DNA of 64,000 nt from Antedon mediterranea (lineage: Eukaryota > Animalia > Echinodermata), in NCBI RefSeq assembly GCF_964355755.1, contig NC_092673.1, positions 8,432,001 through 8,496,000 on the forward strand, in the 5' to 3' direction. The notes beneath the pieces are model-generated. The model saw only the letters and a program-made list of their open reading frames with translations, was not told the DNA's origin and did no database searches. The translations under genes and the position numbers were made by a program. This document shows positions 39,201 to 64,000 of the stretch, piece by piece; the first letter of the stretch is position 1, and each line of letters opens with the position of its first letter.

Positions 39201-40610
39201 ATATTGGAGTAGAGATAGGTAAATGTGAAACATCCTCGTATTATGTATACGGGTATTTTTCAAGATGGACATCCATTAGACAGTGCATATCACGATCGGA
39301 AAACACCCCCATTTGGGGAAAATCGTTGAACCTAAATTTCTTTTAATTGTCAATAACTAATTATCTAACTCTATTAAATTAGTAAAAATGGTTACATCAG
39401 GTGGTTAAAATCAGTACCGAAAGTACGAACAAACTTTATATACCATCGAGTAACATTCTAGAAGTAACGCGCGATTTGCTTAATTTTGCTCTTACGTAAA
39501 TTTATATATAGACTATAATTATTTACCATTATCCTATTTAATTGAGTTTAATCATCAATCACCATTGTCATAAATACAGTTCTTTATCGTAACGTTGCCA
39601 TATGAATGACGTCACAATAGAATAGTATTGATGCCTTACAAATTGAAACTCACCTATACATACTGACATTAGGCTACCCCATCTCAACTTTCCGTCGTTT
39701 TCCTTCTCACACGTACGTCCATCAGCACCGGATAGTTCGAAACCATCTTCGCACGATATCATAACAATACCTGAAGAGGATACGGCTTTTCCTGTGCGCC
39801 TTTCGCCATACTTATTTAGAAAATAACCATTATCTGGTGCATTTCCCTCAAGTTTACATGCTAAAGAAAAATATTAATTATCAAATATACGGAAACTATT
39901 GAGAAGAAACATTTTCTATATAATCGTCATTAATACTGCGTTGCCAGTAGTTTCTCAAGTCAAGATTCATTTGACAAAAAAAAAGTGATTTGCCCTAATG
40001 GTAGAGATATGGTGTTATCGTGCCCATATATTGGCACATAATAAGTTTTGTCACTTAAAGTTTGATAGTGTACCAAAAACTTTAAACTGACTGTTTGTCC
40101 AAATTATTATATTGTTATAAAGTACAAAACATACAAACTGTTTATTCAATGTTTTTATTAATTTCAAATCTAAAATTATAATTATCTTATTTACTTAGAG
40201 TCGAGGCTTACACTATCTTGGTATAATTATCGTAATGTAAATAATGTGGAACAGTAAGTAGTATTTGCACTTGTCTTATCTTAAACCAGAACAAAATATT
40301 TCAATTTAAGCAACAAAATAATCCCAAAAACAAACAAAAAATTATTGAAAAATGTAAAGAATCAAAACAAAGGGAAATGCGTAAAAATGTAATAATAGGC
40401 CTATGATAAATACAAAAAATTATGTTTAAATGTATTTAACGAAACGAATTGCTGGATTGTCTATACTAAACATATGTGTGCGTTATAAAATCATTTATTT
40501 TGTAAACAATTGTATTTGTTATAATTTGTTGAAGAACATTTAGACCTACCTGAAAATGCTTGTTGCACCAATGCTAACAGCAAGAAAACGTACATCAACC
40601 GTTCAGCCAT
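22070..40610 (-). CDS. Bf: Complement factor B/C2-like protein with catalytically degenerate serine-protease domain (signal-CCP-EGF_Ca-CCP-CCP-vWA-SP), 785 aa
   Basis: 13 exons, 5' to 3': 40610-40550 (signal MAERLMYVFLLLALVQQAFS), 39860-39654 (CCP), 38825-38610 (EGF_Ca), 37217-37044 (CCP), 33068-32889 (CCP), 32287-32045, 31059-30944, 30463-30296, 29862-29709 (linker + vWA), 24200-23956, 23184-22995, 22871-22685, 22286-22070 (SP, TAA). All GT-AG, phases consistent, 2358 nt open frame. Confidence 0.92.
25145..25520 (+). repeat. ~72-75 bp minisatellite, about 5 copies, left Academ arm
   Basis: Unit AAATTACCTGCCATCAATATGATGGATTATGATTATAGATTT...GAACACGTAAGCTACATTTGG at about 25221, 25293, 25368, 25443 plus a partial copy. 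Confidence 0.9.
25530..26620 (-). pseudogene. Academ transposase/XPG C-terminal remnant (inverted duplicate of its end at 26620-26961 on +)
   Basis: ORF-track fragments 25722-25934, 25979-26395 and 26445-26627 (-) and 26566-26961 (+) share motifs; multiple frameshifts. Confidence 0.8.
26990..27755 (-). repeat. Same ~75 bp minisatellite inverted, about 10 copies, right Academ arm
   Basis: GATGGCAGGT core recurs about every 75-82 bp from 27049 to 27743. Confidence 0.9.
29709..32287 (-). CDS. vWA domain exons of the Bf/C2-like gene with intact MIDAS
   Basis: LDIVFAFDASSSI (DxSxS), GGGTS (T), LFMMTDGESN (D), EIFAVGIG; preceded by the linker FKDSFIDKV...AIEGR|LAANA. Confidence 0.92.
32406..32779. 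mobile_element. Tc1/mariner-type MITE
   Basis: TA|CCGTAAAACCTTGAAAAGA ... TCTTTTCAACGTTTTACGG|TA. Confidence 0.7.
34205..34713. mobile_element. MITE-like inverted repeat, ~145-bp near-perfect arms
   Basis: 34205-34349 is the reverse complement of 34569-34713 with few mismatches; about 220-bp spacer. Confidence 0.8.
37400..38100 (-). mobile_element. Degenerate L2/CR1-group LINE RT fragment
   Basis: On -: IPQGSILGP (about 38011-38040) and YADDT (about 37953-37968). Confidence 0.75.
38940..39498 (-). repeat. Partial inverted copy of the same ~1.1-kb repeat
   Basis: CATCCATTAGACAGTGCATATCACGATCGGAAAA and ending TTTTGCTCTTACGTA, the reverse complement of the start of copies A and B. Confidence 0.75.
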
Positions 40611-41569
40611 AATCGACATACAGATACTTACTTCAGAATATTCAATTAAGAAATAAGGAATAATGGGAGCATAGTAAAAATTTCTCAAAGTTATTATGGG
40701 CTTGACAAACAAAATCTATCAAGGGCTTGTCAGGATGTTAACGATTTCCGGTAAAAGTATCTTACAGTGCTATATCCCGGACCTTTCACTTTCAAAAGGA
40801 ACTGAAATTGATTCTTAAGTGCATAGGGTTTGGCTGTCGATATCCGTAGTTTCTGTTTTATCTTTTGATTCTTTCCGAAATAAGGCATCGAAAGACTTTA
40901 TTTGAACTTCAACATGGGTGTGTAACCAAAAGCTATGTATGCCTTTAATCTCAAGTGGCTTAACTTTATCCTTGCTCTATAGGTGTGGAGATTGGCCGTT
41001 TTGTTTTGTTTTTAACCTGGTGCCAAATAATCATATTTAACAAATGTATATATTGTACAATCATTTATAGATACATTAAACACACAACACCTTAAATATG
41101 TGAATTAAATTTGATTTCATTATAATTGTGTACATACTAATATAATTTAAATTAAACAAATTACTACAAGACATTGATTCATGAATTTATTTTTCAATCT
41201 GAGCAGATATGATACTGTGACAAATAAGAACAAACGAGAAAAAAAGTATGAACGAACTAAAAAAAGATAATAATAAATATATAAAGTGTTGAATAAGATA
41301 GAATTTGTTTATATATAATCTTTATTGTAAACATTTAAATAAACTAATAACTTTTTCCACCTTGGAGGAAAATGGTGCAATATAATTACTTTGTATTGGT
41401 TAGTACTGTTTAAACAGATTATTTTATTTTAGAGGCGTGAGTTATGCTCGATTTCCATACCAAAGCTGTCAATCAAATTGGTAAGCATTGTGCCAGTGAT
41501 TTAGTTAGTGTTGAGCATAGCGGTTTGAGATACACTGGTACATTAGTTCCGTGATAGTCGATAGCAAAT
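40611..41569. promoter_or_regulatory. Putative shared bidirectional promoter / 5' UTR region
   Basis: 959 bp between two divergent signal-peptide ATGs (40610 on -, 41570 on +); no recognisable transposon inside. Transcription starts cannot be located from sequence. Confidence 0.55.
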
Positions 41570-63301
<21,732 letters not shown>

Positions 63302-64000
63302 GTAGGTGACGTTTCATTTTAGTTAACAGCACATTATTATAAATATATTATCATTTTTTCAAATGTTTCTCTGAATACACGCGTTAAATTTTACCTAAAT
63401 AAATGTTATTGTAAATGTATTTTTTTCTTAGTGTAGGCCATAATTTCTTTGCATCACCTTTGTTTAGGCAGGTGTAGTCACATGGATTTATGCGCATTTA
63501 TCGACGTAATTTTGCGATATTCAAAAAAACCTCTCAAACTTCCTTTAGTATTAATATAACTGGGTTTTACTAAAAATAAAACAGTGTATACGCAAATTCG
63601 CAATGTCACTCGATAATTTTTGTATCAGTCTATATCAATGTTATTATACAGATGTGAATAAAGGATGAAAATCTAATTATGTTTATTGTTCTGTTTTTGA
63701 TCTTTAAACAATTGTCATAATATTGAATAGAAATTGTATTCATTGTCAAACTATTTAATAGCCGATTAAGGGACAAGTCAGCCCATGGTAAACAAATGTT
63801 CTCTTAAGTAATATGTGGTATCCGTTTTAAAGTCGTGTCCGCTCACGGTAGTGAAATAATAGCTATAAATTCCATGATTATATTCATAATAGCATTTTAT
63901 AAAGGTATCATACAACTCTAGAGAACATCTCAATATAACTGCACCTCTCGTATAGAAACATAACCGAACACTGAAAATTAAAGGTTTCATTCAACCAGTA

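Noticed and set aside
22070-40610. Calling the Bf-like gene a pseudogene
   Set aside because: All exons are open and in phase with canonical splice sites and conserved Cys and MIDAS; only catalytic residues differ.
63652-63770. Candidate terminal exons (HVNKG* at 63652 or PD* at 63762)
   Set aside because: Both are plausible by AG and phase, but neither has supporting homology; left unannotated.

Overview
AT-rich, intron-rich animal genomic DNA from an invertebrate deuterostome, probably an echinoderm (inferred from gene content and repeats, not certain). I reconstructed three spliced genes by hand from splice sites and reading-frame phase. (1) The 3' part of a clade C (COL24/COL27-like) fibrillar collagen on + (34 exons, 1199-18919); its helix ends in four 18-nt micro-exons that spell RGD and GFPGER. 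(2) A complete 13-exon, 785-aa complement factor B/C2-like gene on - (40610-22070; signal-CCP-EGF_Ca-CCP-CCP-vWA-serine protease). Its protease has lost catalytic His and Ser but keeps an intact MIDAS and an IEGR|L scissile-type site. (3) Head-to-head with it, 959 bp away, a secreted WAP-like + 16 CCP + F5/8C + Ig protein resembling LEV-9 / Hasp-Hikaru genki on + (41570 to at least 63301). Introns hold a near-palindromic Academ (XPG-type) transposon nested in an older TIR element, Helentron-type and hAT-type non-autonomous elements, LINE and SINE remnants, and a (TA)n-anchored stack with a perfect 128-bp palindrome, a hammerhead-like motif and two tRNA-Asp(ATC)-like cloverleaves. Most short ORFs in the supplied track are spurious or exon fragments.
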